From: Felis catus
Lineage: Eukaryota
Assembly (NCBI RefSeq): GCF_018350175.1
Contig: NC_058381.1
Span: 60,512,001 to 60,576,000 of the forward strand
Direction: 5' to 3'
DNA length: 64,000 nucleotides
The position numbers and the translations under genes were made by a program. The notes under the pieces were generated by a model. That model saw only the letters and a program-made list of their open reading frames with translations, did no database searches and had not been told where the DNA came from. Numbering within the stretch: the first letter of the stretch is position 1; each line of letters opens with the position of its first letter. Positions 22,101 to 34,200 of the stretch are shown here, piece after piece.

Positions 22101-22892
22101 GGGGTCCACTCTAGGGCACCCTCCCGGGCAGGGTGATCTCCACCTTCGGAATCCAGAGAAATGAGAGTTTAGGAATCTGAACAGCATCGTGCTTTCTTCC
22201 CCAGGTTCCAGAAACGGCGACTCGATAGAGTCCGACAGAGAAGGGAGGAAAAGGCAGCGGAAAGGCTGGAGCAGGAGCTGCTCCGAGGTGGCTCTTCCTG
22301 AAGCGACTGCGTCGGCCTCGGGCCCCGCTGTCTTCCCGGGGTCAGCAGAGGGGGGTCAGCGGATGGGGCCGCGGCTGTGTGGGCAGAGGCCTCACTTGTG
22401 CTCCTCTGCCCCTGCAGACACGGTGAAGTTTGGCGAGGTTGCCCTGCAGCCCCCAGAGCTGACCGCCCAGCCCAGGATGAGCAGGGGCGGGGGCCAGGTG
22501 AGCAGGGGCGGGGGGTGGCCCTGTGTGTCCCCCAGTGCTGCCGGGTCCACGGCCTGCAGACGGAATGCCGCGTTCTCACCGGGCGTCCAGCTGTCGGACC
22601 AACGTGGGCCCTTCCTCATCTCCCTCCTTCCCGAACCTGTGCCTCAACTTCTATCTCTGTTCTTTAGCCTGGGAAGAAATCGCTGATGCTGAGGATGCTT
22701 CTGAGCCCTGGTGGTGTGTCCCAGCCTCTGACCGCGTCGCTGGCCCGACAGCGGATCGTCGGGGAGGAGAGAGAGCGGGCTGTGCAGGCCTACCGGGCAC
22801 TAAAGACACGGCAGCGGCAGGCGGCTCAGTCCCCACGGCCACCCTGTTCACCCCACCCCGCTTCCAGGAAGAAGGCAGAGACCTGTCTGTGA
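18774..22892 (+). CDS. CCDC137: Coiled-coil domain containing 137, 291 aa; exons 18774-18904, 19266-19399, 20698-20920, 22205-22287, 22418-22497, 22668-22892
   Basis: 131+134+223+83+80+225 = 876 nt in frame. Peptides SKEKKKVNCK.QNQDEQEIPFRLREIMRSRQEMKNP, FQKRRLD, DTVKFGEV and ASLARQRIV match recalled CCDC137. All junctions are GT-AG. Confidence 0.95.
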
Positions 22893-24869
22893 CGGTGCGA
22901 CCAGGGCCTCCACACCTGGGTCGGGGAGGACACGTAGACGGCCTGTACACAAGGGTCCTTTCCCTGGAGCACACTGGGACTCCCAGGCCCCCGTGTACCG
23001 GCTCTCGAGTGTAGAACAGGGCTCCAGGTCTCTGCTCTCTCGTTTTTTCCTCCCCGAAGAGGGCTGTTCTGTGACTGACCGTCTGCTGGGCCATCTCCCA
23101 CAGGGCATTGTCCATCCCAAGTCCCCAGAGACAGACCAGCACCTGTTTGGGACACAGCCAGTCGGGCATCACGCACGGCTTTGTGCTGAACACACAGGTC
23201 CAGCCTGAGACAACCCACGGTCGCTTCGGGGAGGGCCGGTCCCGTAATCCTGTCCTTAAATGCCGACTAACTGTAGACACTGCAGACTTGGCCAGCCAAG
23301 CCGATAACTGGGGGCCCGTTGGGTTCAACAGCGCGGCACGGGTGGAAACACAGCCTAGGTGGGGGTGGGCTCAGTGCCTCGGCCACCTGGACCCTCTCCT
23401 GGTGCCTTGTCCCTGATGCCACACCCCCACGTGGACTGGGTTTGAGGAGGTCTATTCCTGGCGTCCCCAAGGACTCGGGAGAGGAGAGCAGGTGTGAAGC
23501 AGCTGGACGGCAAGGACAGGACCCCGGCCCCACGACTTTCTCGTAGCTAAAGAGGCTGCGTGAGAATTCCTGCCGAAGGAGGGAGCCCAGATGTTCTGAG
23601 GGTGCTCAGCTGTAGGACTGGGGGTGCGGGGGGGGGGCGGGGGTTGAGCATTAAGGGGAGGAGTCCTGCTCACATCCCTGTGAAGGCACCCGGCTCCTCC
23701 CTCGGCCTCACCAGCTCAGGTGCCTCTGGCTGGCAGAGCTGGGCTGGGACAGCTCAGGAAGTGCTGTCTCCATCTTGGCCAGGGTGGCCCTGCACGACGT
23801 GGGGGGGGGAGGGGGGGTGTTTCTGTGGAATCCTTTTTTGCCCTTCCCTAAGTTTGTATCCCTTATAACATTTATTTTCGAATCAAGAAATTTTACGTTG
23901 AAGCTGTATTTGAGATCAGAGCTACTACCTTCTCAGGAACGTGTTTCTGCGTGGCAGGGCCCGTCCCCTGCATGGGGTGGCAGGGGTGCTGGCTGCCATT
24001 ACTGTAGGCAGGGGTCCCCCCCAGAGCGCAGCGGGTAGGCAGGGGCAGGACCAGGGGTGAACACAGTCCCTGAGAAATACCCACGTCCCTGGGCTCCTCG
24101 CCAAGCACGGCACAAAAGCAGGAAGGTAGAAATGGGTTGTGGTGGGAGGAAATTTGCCTTTCAAAACCGAGTTCACGTGTCAGCTTTGCTCAGGCCTGTC
24201 AGTCACCCCCAAACTCACCGACTCGGCCCGTGGCTTTGCCGTGAGAGATTACCAGGCCCAAATCTCAGAGATGGACCCTGAGCCGGGGGTCACCCCTAGA
24301 GACAGAACAAAGTGCATGTCCCCTGAGTGCACGGAGCTCTCTGAAGGTGGGAGGTGTGAGGAAAGCCCATTCACCCTGGATGCCAGGTTGTCCGTGACAT
24401 CCACCAGGACTCGCCCACGGGATGGAGACCACCGCGTCTACAGCCGCACAGTGGGACCCCTGGAGCAGTGGTGCCCTTCCCAGAGAGGAGGGGGTTTGTC
24501 GCTTCCACGGGGTGGGGGTGGGGAGAGACTCGAGCCCAAATTACCCCGCGGTCTATGCAAGAGCCTTTCTGGGGCATCACTTGCAACCCCCGAGCGAACA
24601 CCCCAGCAGAGCGGCCAACAGGAAACCGTGTGCAGGAGGAGGCCCTGGGCCTGGTGCCCTGCACACAGGAAGCGAGACAACAGATGCCTGGCCTTCTTTC
24701 GTGGTCCAGCCAGCCCCTGCTGCCAGCTGAGATGGAGAAAGCCGTTTGTCGGAAACTCAACCACGCCCAGGAGTAGAGGCTTCTTGGCCAACTGCAGTGG
24801 GCTGGACGGCGGCCCTAAAGAGGTCTCCCTGCGACCGGGAACACGCATGTGTCCCCTTACTTCAGAAAA

Positions 24870-25190
24870 GGGCCTTTGCACGTAATCGTGGACCTCAAGA
24901 GATCATCCTGGATTTAGGGAGGCTTCTAAATCCAGTAACGGGTGTCCCCATAGGGAGCAGCAGCCGTGGGAAGACAGGGACCCTAGTTCCGTGTGTGACA
25001 AGCCAGGTCACGGCAAGAAGTGCAGCAGCCGCTAGAAGCCAGGAGAGGCAAGGAACGCGCTCTCCCCTCAGAGCCTCCAGCCCTGCTGACCGATTTCAGC
25101 TTTGGCCTCCAGAACTGTCAGCACAAATTTTTGTTTTAAGCCACCAGGTTTGGGCTAATTTGTTACGGAGGCTCTAGGACACGAATACAC
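24870..25190 (+). mobile_element. MLT1 (MaLR) LTR
   Basis: ggcctccagaactgt...ttttaagccaccaggtttgggctaatttgttacgg...aataca is the classic MLT1 3' end. Confidence 0.8.
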
Positions 25191-25749
25191 CAGTAGGTGT
25201 CCCCCCTCCCCCCCCACGTGAGCTCCCTCAGCTGAGCACAGCACCCCCTGTGCTCTAGCAGGGCCGCTCCCACTCGCACCGACCCGCGGGAGCCCCGTGC
25301 CCTCCTCGGGGCGATGTGCGTTTGCTGAACGAATGGAGACACTACTCTTGTCCTGACTCCAGGCTCGGTTCTTCCTAAGATGACGGCCTCACACAACGGA
25401 GGCCACATTGTCGGCATGTGGGAAACTCCACAGGTACGGCTTTGTGCCACAGTCCCCAGAGCAAGTCTGCTCCCAGGCGGTGCAAACACCGTCAGGAAAG
25501 TAGAGCTGCTTTCCCAGCGGGCGGGAAGCACATCCCAGGATAGCGGCAGGACACGCAGCCGCCCGCAAGCCTGTCCTCCTCTCCCAGCCCTGGGGACGAT
25601 CTTTTCGTTCAGAGGCCAGTTACCCATCACCGCCACTCAGGACAGGAGCCCATCTCCTAGGCTCACGTCGGGTCGTCCTGTCCCTGATGAGAACAGATCG
25701 CCAGAGGCCAAGCGGTGCCATTCTCTGCCTCCTCCCCAGAGCCGGCCGG

Positions 25750-27666
25750 TCACGGTTCTCCTCCTGGCAGTCGCCTGTCAGTTCTGTGGGTGTCCTGGAG
25801 CCAGCGCAGCACCTCCGATAAGCCAGTGCCCTTCTGGGCGCTGATTTCGGCCGTGGTGATGTTCTGCTTGGCACAGGCAATGATGTCTGGGAGCCTGATC
25901 AATGACTTCATCTCGTCTACGGTCATGTAACAGGGCAGATCGCTAGGGCAAAAGAAGCGCCCCGTCACGGCGGGCTGCCACAAGTGCATCCCAAACCCCA
26001 CGGTACCCCCCCACCCCCCAAGCCACGAGCCACCGTCCCGGCTCCACCCCAAGGGAGCTCCTCCCAGGACTCGCGGCCGTGCTCTCCTCCACGAAGACAG
26101 ACCGTACATCTTATTGAAGAGAATCAAGACGGATGCTTCTGCGAGTTGTTCTGCAGAAAGGAGGCCCAGGAGTTGCACACAGGACGCGGACAGCTGAGTG
26201 GGGTTAGCGGCGTCCATCATGAACTGGGGAGGAAGAAAACAGAGATGGGACCACCCCGTGATGGAGACAGTCCTTCCCAAATCCCCTCCCTGGGGCAGCA
26301 AGACCTGGCTCAGGAAGAACAAAAGGACTTTTAAACAAAGGATTTGGGGGGACAGCAGAAGTTAGGGGAAATGACTTTCATGAGAGCGACCTGATATCAT
26401 TTGCTTTCACCTACGTGGAAGTCCCTCTACTCACGTGGTCATCAGTTCTTCCAGGAAGGGTCCTGGAATCTGGGGCACAGGCCTTGCCAGGATGGGACAG
26501 ACCCAAGAGATGTGGGATTCAAACACAAACATAAAAACACACCCAGAGGATCAAGGCAGAGAGCAAGCGCCAGTTACTGGCAGAGAATAAACGCTCCCCT
26601 CAGCAAACCTTGCGTGAGCTTTTATGTCCGCTCTGAAGCAGAAGCATTTAGGGATCAAGCTATTCGGAAAAGGAAGCAACTCGAAGTTCGGTCATGTTTC
26701 CTTGCCTTCGCGTAATTGCTCAGGAACCCAAACTTCAGCCTATGCAGAGTGAGGTCCAGCACCAGACAACGCTTAAGTGCAAAGGATTACGACCTACCAG
26801 GAGAGAGTGGCAATTTCCAAAGTAGCTGGACCAGATGGGGCCCATGCACCCCCCCAGCTCCCGGATGGTAATCTTTCTCTGGACGACGATGTCAGTAAGG
26901 TTGGTGCCCACCTGTGGAAAAACTCGAGCTGCACAAAGGACACAAGCACTTTCCCATTGGGAACTCCTGGCTAGCAGCTCTCTACACTGTGATCCAAACC
27001 CCAAAACGTCCCTTGTCAAGGGCTTAGCCCCTAAAACACAGTCCTACGTAAGGAAGACTAAACTGGGTTCCAACGCCCTAACCCTCAGAGCGGACTGTGG
27101 CCGCAGCACCCACACCCATCGGGGGATTCGCCCTCCGAGGCGACCAGAAAAAGCAGTCTCAAGAGTGGTGAGGGGTGGGCGGCTCTGGGCCTCTGTCCCG
27201 CACCCACTTCCCCTGCAGCTGTGTCCCCAGGAGGCAGTCTCCTTCCCAAGACACCCCTCACCTCCTGAGGGTTGGGTCTAACACAGGGACCGGCCGGACT
27301 CCAGCATCCGCTTAGAACAGCCCAAAGCACTTTGCAAACCGCGAAGGGTACCCCCTTCTCGTAGCCCCGCGAGAGGGCGGGTGCCTACCGTGGGGCGCGT
27401 CGGAGGAGCATCGCCCAGGTCGCCCTTCCCATTCCCGGAGCTCAGCTGTGCGCGCGGTCAAGGATCCCCAGAGCCAGGCAGGGAAGGCGGGCGGCAGCCG
27501 GACCCCGCCCGGGGAAACCCCCCCGTCCCGGCGCCCCCAGCCCCGCCCCCCCCTGGGAGCACCCCACCCCCCACTCCCGGGCCCTCGCCCGACGCGGAAG
27601 GATAGTCTGCAGCCTTTTCACCAACAGCGTTTTCCCGACACCCGAGGCTCCCAGGAGAAGACACAT
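25750..27666 (-). CDS. ARL16: ADP-ribosylation factor-like GTPase 16, 180 aa; exons 27666-27606, 27447-27389, 26911-26798, 26223-26108, 25942-25750
   Basis: Contains the P-loop GASGVGKT, RELGG (G3-like) and ILFNKID (G4). 61+59+114+116+193 = 543 nt in frame. Intron 1 is U12-type with CT-AC ends; the others are GT-AG. Confidence 0.93.
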
Positions 27667-28270
27667 CGCGTCCCCCGACTCCACCCGGCACCCGTAGCCC
27701 GCGCAAGTCCCGCCCTCCACCCCGCTTTCATTGGCTAGGCCTCACGTCCAAGTTCTTCATTGGTTCGCGGCGCTCACGACCTGGTGCAGCCCAATCGGCG
27801 CACAGCCTCTGGGGCGAGCCGAAAAGGCCGCCTCCTCGCCGCTCGCGGCCCGGCCGGCGCCGCGCGCGTGCGCGCGCCCGGGGAAAAGGCGGAAGCGGAA
27901 GTCGGGGGCGCGCCGGTTCGCAGCGGGGAGCGCAGCGGCGTCGGGTCGGGGTCCTGGGGCGCCATGGGGCGCGGCAGCGGCACCTTCGAGCGTCTCCTAG
28001 GTAACGTGTCCCCAGCCCCCCGCGGCTCGGCCCGCGTCCTGGGAGCTGAGCCGGGAGGCGGCCGCCGAGCCCCCGGGGTGGGTGGGCGCGCCCGCGCTTT
28101 GGGGACCGGGCAGTCCCGGGTGCTGGGCGCGGGCTCCGACTCGAGTAGGTGAGGGTCCGCGGGGGAGACCGGGCCCGCGCCCGCGGCGACTGCGCTCGGG
28201 GCTCTGCTCCTGGGCCGGGAGCGGGCCGGTCCCGGGGAAACAAGCATCTGACTGAGCGGGCCACAAGTCC
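27330..28270. promoter_or_regulatory. Bidirectional CpG-island promoter ARL16/HGS: three CCAAT boxes about 30 bp apart (27730, 27759, 27791) and tandem ETS site CGGAAGCGGAAGT (27890-27902)
   Basis: The ATGs are about 300 bp apart, head to head; motifs read directly. Confidence 0.85.
27448..27605 (-). other. ARL16: U12-type (minor spliceosome) intron of ARL16, 158 nt, CT...AC termini
   Basis: 5' end CTATCCTTCC, branch site TCCTTGAC with the A 10 nt from the 3' end, no polypyrimidine tract. Removing it gives an in-frame alignment to the recalled orthologue. Confidence 0.85.
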
Positions 28271-31200
28271 TGAGTCACGGAAACGGGTGACCTGGTCACA
28301 TAGACCCGCTCCCCCAAAAAACCTAGGTTGCATGGGGTTTGAGGCTGCCCCAAACATTGGGCTCCAAAGGGTGGAACCAGTAGTGTCTTCACTGGGACCT
28401 GCCACGCTCTTATGAGCGCTGCTTCCCTGGGGAACCAGGCCGGCGCTGTCTGTCCCCACTGGGCTCCCGGAAGGCCGCGGTGGTTTAGGAAGGCGGGTTT
28501 TCTGTTTGCCGGAGGTGGAGCTGATCCTTTGGGAGCCTCCTGGAGGTCACGAGTTTTAGCAAAGAAAATGAATGTTTAGGGACGTGTCCTCTTCTGCCCC
28601 CAGTGAGACTGCGTTGCGTGGGCTCTGTTTGGGGCCAGTGCTCCCTGTGCTCCGGTGGTCAGTCTGAGCCTGTCACGCTTTCCCCTTGAATACGGTTTTG
28701 GAGAAGACCTCAGATGAGGCACCTTCCTTGTTCTGAGCACACGCAGCTGAGCAGTGGCTCAGCCCCCCAGAGATCAACCCCGAAGTTACTGCCAGACCAG
28801 TACTGCGAGTGGGTGCACCTTGTTAGATCACCTGTGTGTCCCCGGGAGGAGAGCCAGCAGGGCTGGAGGACAGAGCATGTGTGTCTGCCTGAGGCAACTG
28901 TGATGTGGAGAGTGTGGAGGTATCATTCGGAGAGTACTTCTTCCGGGTCAGTCCTGTCCTCATCCCACGAAACACTTGGCATCTTCTCCAGCCTCGCCCT
29001 TGCTGGGATCTCATCAACTAGGCTAAACTTGGGGGAGAACCAGGGACTCTGCGGGATGAGGTGGCCGAGTGTAGTGTTGAACTCTGCCTGGCTCTGCCCC
29101 AGCGAGCCGTGTGACCTCACTTCTCGGCTTCCTTGTTTTTGTCGGTAAAGAGGATGGAAACAGGACCTTGCTGGCGAGGCTGTGTGAGAATTCAGCATTT
29201 GCATAAAGCCTTTGAAACGGCATTTGGTCCACAAGTGCATAACCGGTGTTCCGTATCGTTATTTTTTAAGCGGTTTGTCCTTTCTCTGAGGACAGTGCTG
29301 TCATCATCAGGTGGCAAGAGGATTTTCATGTGCCTTTCCATTCAGTCCAAATGTTTTAAATGGGAAGGAGACGGTCTCTCCTCCCTGTTGCGGAGCTCTG
29401 GGGCCACCTAGGGCATCAGACGAATGCCGAGCCCCAGTAATGATGCGTTTTTGCTTTAGACAAAGCTACCAGCCAGCTTCTGCTGGAGACCGACTGGGAA
29501 TCCATCCTCCAGATCTGTGACCTCATCCGCCAGGGGGACACACAGTAAGTGAGGCGGGCCTGTGCCGCCCAGAAGCGAGGGGGCGGCACCATGGCGCGCT
29601 CGGGGTTGCTTGGTGCCCTCTGATGCGCCAAGATCCGTGCCCTCATGGGAGCAGGTCCCGAGGTGGAGAAGTAAATGGTCTCCACACTGGGAGTTTTGGG
29701 ATCTGGGGACAACGAAAGGGCTTTCTCTGTATGGTCTGGAGGCGTGTGATTCCCTTACCGTTTGCTTGGGGGTTTTGAGGACCAGAGGGCGGGTGGGCTC
29801 TCTTCACGTTAGCTTCTGAGGTGGTTCGTTTTTCTATTTGTTTTACCAACGTCCTTTTCTTTCAGAGCAAAATACGCAGTGAGTTCTATCAAAAAGAAAG
29901 TCAACGACAAGAATCCCCACGTGGCCTTGTATGCCCTCGAGGTAACTAGCACTGCCCCCCCCCCCCAACCCCGCGCTCTGGCCACCTCAAGAGTCCCCAC
30001 CCCGGTGTCCGTGTCAGGAAGGCAGAGACGAGTTGAGTCTGGGGCCTTGCCCACCTGCCTGGGGAACGAGGGAGATACGAGCAACCTGATAGAGGTCATG
30101 CCTCCGCTCTCCCACCTGCAGCCGGCTGACTTAGGGCCCAGAGATGGACTCTAGTCTCTGTCCCTGGTAGTAAAAAATGGAATCAGAAGGGGCGCACGTA
30201 GCAGCGGTTGCTGCCCGACCCAGAACTGCCACGTGGATCCCTCGACAGGCTGGTTTGCCCGAGGGGCCTGTCCAAGAGGGGCGTCCCACCCTGACCGGTG
30301 ACTTGGCCCGTCCCTTCCTCGGGTCCCGCAGGTCATGGAGTCTGTGGTGAAGAACTGTGGCCAGACGGTCCACGATGAGGTGGCCAACAAGCAGACTATG
30401 GAGGAGCTGAAGGAGCTGTTGAAGGTGGGCTCTTGGAAGGGACAGACGGTTCTAGACTGTGGGGAGTGCAGTGGCCCCGAGGCCGGGCTCTTCTGGGTCT
30501 TTGCCGGCACTTGGGGCAGAGCAGTGCCGGGCGGAGCAGAGGACAGGAAGGTGAGCACCTCAGCCTCAGGAATCCCAGCTGGGTGAGGTCGGGGTGTCAC
30601 CAGAAGTGAGCCAGGCTGCTGCGTCTGGGGACACAGAGGAGACCCTGCCGTTCCTAGGGGAAAGGCTTCCCAGGGGCTGGGCTCAGAGCCTCACTGGGTG
30701 GTGGGGAAGGAGCTGTGTGTGCGTGAGTAGCTGTGGGCAGGGTGTGCGGGTGGAGGCCTGCGGGGAGCCCCGAAGCGTGGGCGGGGGGGGGGGCTGTCCC
30801 ACGCGCAGAGCCAGGATTCTGAGCAGGGAGGCACGTGAGTCTGACGTGTTCGTGGAGGGAGAGCTGGGGGAGACGGCATACCGGGGACACCTTGGGGAGT
30901 GGGTTTCACACTCTCTGTTCTTAGGGGAGGGACGGTCCTCCAGAGTCCCTAGAGAGAGTGTCCTGCACAGGCCACCGCCCAGCTGCAGGGATTGTGATGT
31001 GGGTGGTGACAACATGAGGTTGGGTGATACAGAGCAGGTGGTGCGGCCATTCTTTGAGGTGAAAGGGCATTTCGCAGGGGTGAGGCCACCTGGGGGCGGC
31101 CAAGGAGCCCAGCCCCATATACCGGCTCTGTCACCACTGGTGGGCGGGGCCGCCGCTTCCCGGCCCGGGTGGGCACCCGTGGGCTCACGTGGCCAAGAGC

Positions 31201-34200
31201 CCATCTGGGGCCTGAGGTGGGCTCCGACTGGTGACCCAGGCAATCCTTAGGGTGGCCTGGCTACAAGGTCAGAAGGGCTAGCCCTGCCCCTCGTGCTATC
31301 GTGGCCACGTCCCATGTGCCACACGTGGCTTGTGCCTGTTAAACCCGTTTTGTAGAGGGAGGGTAACCGTAAGAAAAAGGGCTCCGCTCACTGGATGCAG
31401 GTTACGGGAGAGAACCGGAGGCCTCGTGCGTGAGTCTAGTTGGCATCTCCAGGAAGCAGCTTACTCGCCCTGCTGTCTTCCTGAGCGTCCCCGAGAGAGC
31501 TCTGGAGATGTGACTGGCTGTGCTGGAACCTGGTGGAAATGGCGGCTGTGCACGCGGGGAGGTTCCTGGAGCGGCCGGCCCCCGCCCACACAGGCTGGCT
31601 GTGACCAGAGGAGAGGCAGCTGGCCGCGCGCGTGTCCGCGGACTCAACGCAGTCCTGCCCGGCTCTGCCTGTTGCGGCCTGGCATTTGCTGGAGCCACAG
31701 GGGGTTACAGACTGAGGGGCCTCTGGGCTTGGTTAGGGCGCCTTGGGGTAGGGCAAGAGGAGGCAGGGTAGTGGATCTGGGGAGCTGGGCTTCAGGGAGG
31801 CCCCAGCTTTTTCTAGGGGACTGAGGACAAGTTCGGTCCTGTGTGGGTAGATGGCTGTGATGGGCTTGTCCTCGGGGCCGGGCTTCACAGAGGAGCATCG
31901 GGCCTGGGGAGTGGGTCCGTGCGTGGCCCCTGTGTCCCACGCAGGCCCTCCCCCCCACACACACCCCTGCCGGCCCGTGCGCTCAGAGTGGCGCGGTCTC
32001 CCTGCCACTTCCTCGCAAGGCACCTCTCTGCTGTTCCCATTTCTCACGGCCCTCCTCGTTCTCTGTTCTCCTTTCTCTTTTCTCTGCAGAGGCAGGTGGA
32101 GGTAAATGTCCGAAACAAGATTCTGTATCTGATCCAGGCCTGGGCGCATGCTTTCCGGAATGAGCCCAAGTACAAGGTGGTCCAGGACACGTACCAGATC
32201 ATGAAGGTGGAAGGTGAGCTGGGCGGGGTCTGTCAGGTCCCAGGCTCGGGACACAGCCTCTAGGAGCTGAGGGGCCGCTCTGCACCAGGCCATCCCAAGG
32301 AAGGCTGTGTGCACCGTGTGCGGGGCAGGGGACGGCATCGTGCTGCGTGATCGGTGGCGGGAGCGTGAGGTGGTATCGCCGTGGGGCAACCCGACACCCC
32401 CTGGGTGAGGCAGACGACACACGAGTGAAGGGTTAGTGAAGGAGCCAATTCCCGAGCGTCAGGTCCTAGGAAGGAAGTAAAGCCTGGGAACCCTGCCTCT
32501 AAACCCTGGTGCTGGTTTAGCCCGAGGGCTGGAGAGCGCCTGGGGAGCAGGCAGCTCGCACACCAGACCTGAACACGAGAACGGGCAGTGAGAAGGGCTG
32601 GGCCCTGGAATCCCACAGAGGATTCCGTTCCGAGGCCCTGGAGCCACGGCAGGCCGGTGCGAAGGCATGGGAGGTGCCAGCCCGCAGGAGAGCTCAGGCA
32701 GAGCTGGTCCCAGAAGGGCTTTAAGCTGGGCCGTGACAGCTGAGGTTCCTCCCTGCCGCCACGTTGGCGGTGCCGAGCTGGTGGGGTCTGGCAAGGGCTG
32801 GGCCACCATGGCTGAGCGGGTGTGTCCCCCACCTGTGCAGAGTCCTCTGGCCCTGAAAATGAGGCCTGGGGCAGGGGCAGGGTCTGGTGGCTACGGGTGG
32901 GTAGGAACCTGTGGAGAACCTGTGACAAGGGTCCTGCCCGTGTTGGTGAGTTGGCCTCAGGCCCGCAGTCCCTGGACCTCAGACCTGGGATGGTGGGTAT
33001 ATGCTCACGTTCACTTTGCTGAGGAGAGCATCCGCAGCTCGAATTCTCGAGGGATCTGCGTCTCAGAAAAGCTTGGGAACTGGTTTTAAGAATCCTGAGA
33101 GGTACAGGGGGCTGGAGCGTGGGGCCAGGAGCCAGATGGGAGGTACAGGGAGGATCCATGAGGCCCTGGTGTGGTGGGAGTGCGGCCAGGCTCCATGCCG
33201 CAGCCCCGGAATGGCGCGGCCTTGGGGGAGCCACCCCGGGTACCGGGCAGGCCCACTCGTGCACCCAGGCGCACTCACCTGGTGCCGGGTCGCTGCTCTC
33301 TGCTCCCAGGGGCTCTAGGCCTCCTTTTGTAGGTCTGTTTGGGGAGGCGGAGGCCAAGAGTTAGAACGTGGCTCCTAAAGGTCTCGGGGCAGACGGGGTG
33401 AGGACAGGTGAGGCGGTCAGGGTCTCGCGTGCCAGGGTAGCACCGGCGGTGACCGCGGGCTCTTCTCCCCAGGACACGTGTTCCCGGAGTTTAAGGAGAG
33501 CGATGCCATGTTTGCTGCAGAGAGAGTGAGTTCACCGGTGGGTGGGTGCTGGGCATCTGGGAGTTAGGCTGCTTTGAGGGAGCCGAAGGGAAGCCCGGGG
33601 GCCCGGCTTGTTGGGAACCTTGGTGGGGGAGCTGCCGTCTCCACGAGAACGTGCCGCTGGGTCTCGTCAGGCTGGGGTCGGAAGGTCGTTCGAGGTGCCT
33701 GTGGCTGGCGGGCTCGCGTAGTTAAGACCCGCCGTTGTGTCGCTGCGGCCTGCAGGGAGCCTGGCTGCCACGTGCTTAGAGCGGACAGGGTGTCCTGGAG
33801 CGGCCTCCCTCCTCGCGTCTGCGGACTTGGCCCCCAGCCCCTGCGCTCTCTGGGGTCTCCCCCCATTTGTGGGGAGTGGGCATGTCGGCAGGGAAGGCGG
33901 GGGCCACGTGACCCTGACTCTGCCTGTCCCCCAGGCCCCCGATTGGGTGGATGCCGAAGAGTGCCACCGCTGCCGGGTGCAGTTCGGGGTGGTGACCCGC
34001 AAGGTGAGCGTGCCCCCCCGGGGCAGCCCCCAGACCACCCGCTGTTGCCGTGAGGCCGCTGCACCCACTCGAGGTCCTTTCCCTCTTGGCTGTGACCTCA
34101 TGGTGCGGGGGGGAGGGGGGGCAAGTCCATCCCCAGCCGTGCGGTCATCGTGGTCACCGAGGGGTCCTGAGTCTGATGGCCTGTGCTGTCGGAGGAAGCT

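Noticed and set aside
27448-27605. A plus-strand GT...AG intron of an antisense or upstream HGS transcript
   Set aside because: The plus-strand donor (GTGCGC) and acceptor (GAAGGATAG, no pyrimidine tract) are poor. The minus strand has U12 signals and restores the ARL16 frame.
32260-33357. 365-aa minus-strand ORF in HGS intron 5
   Set aside because: Pro/Ser/Arg/Gly-rich composition typical of GC shadows; no recognisable domain.
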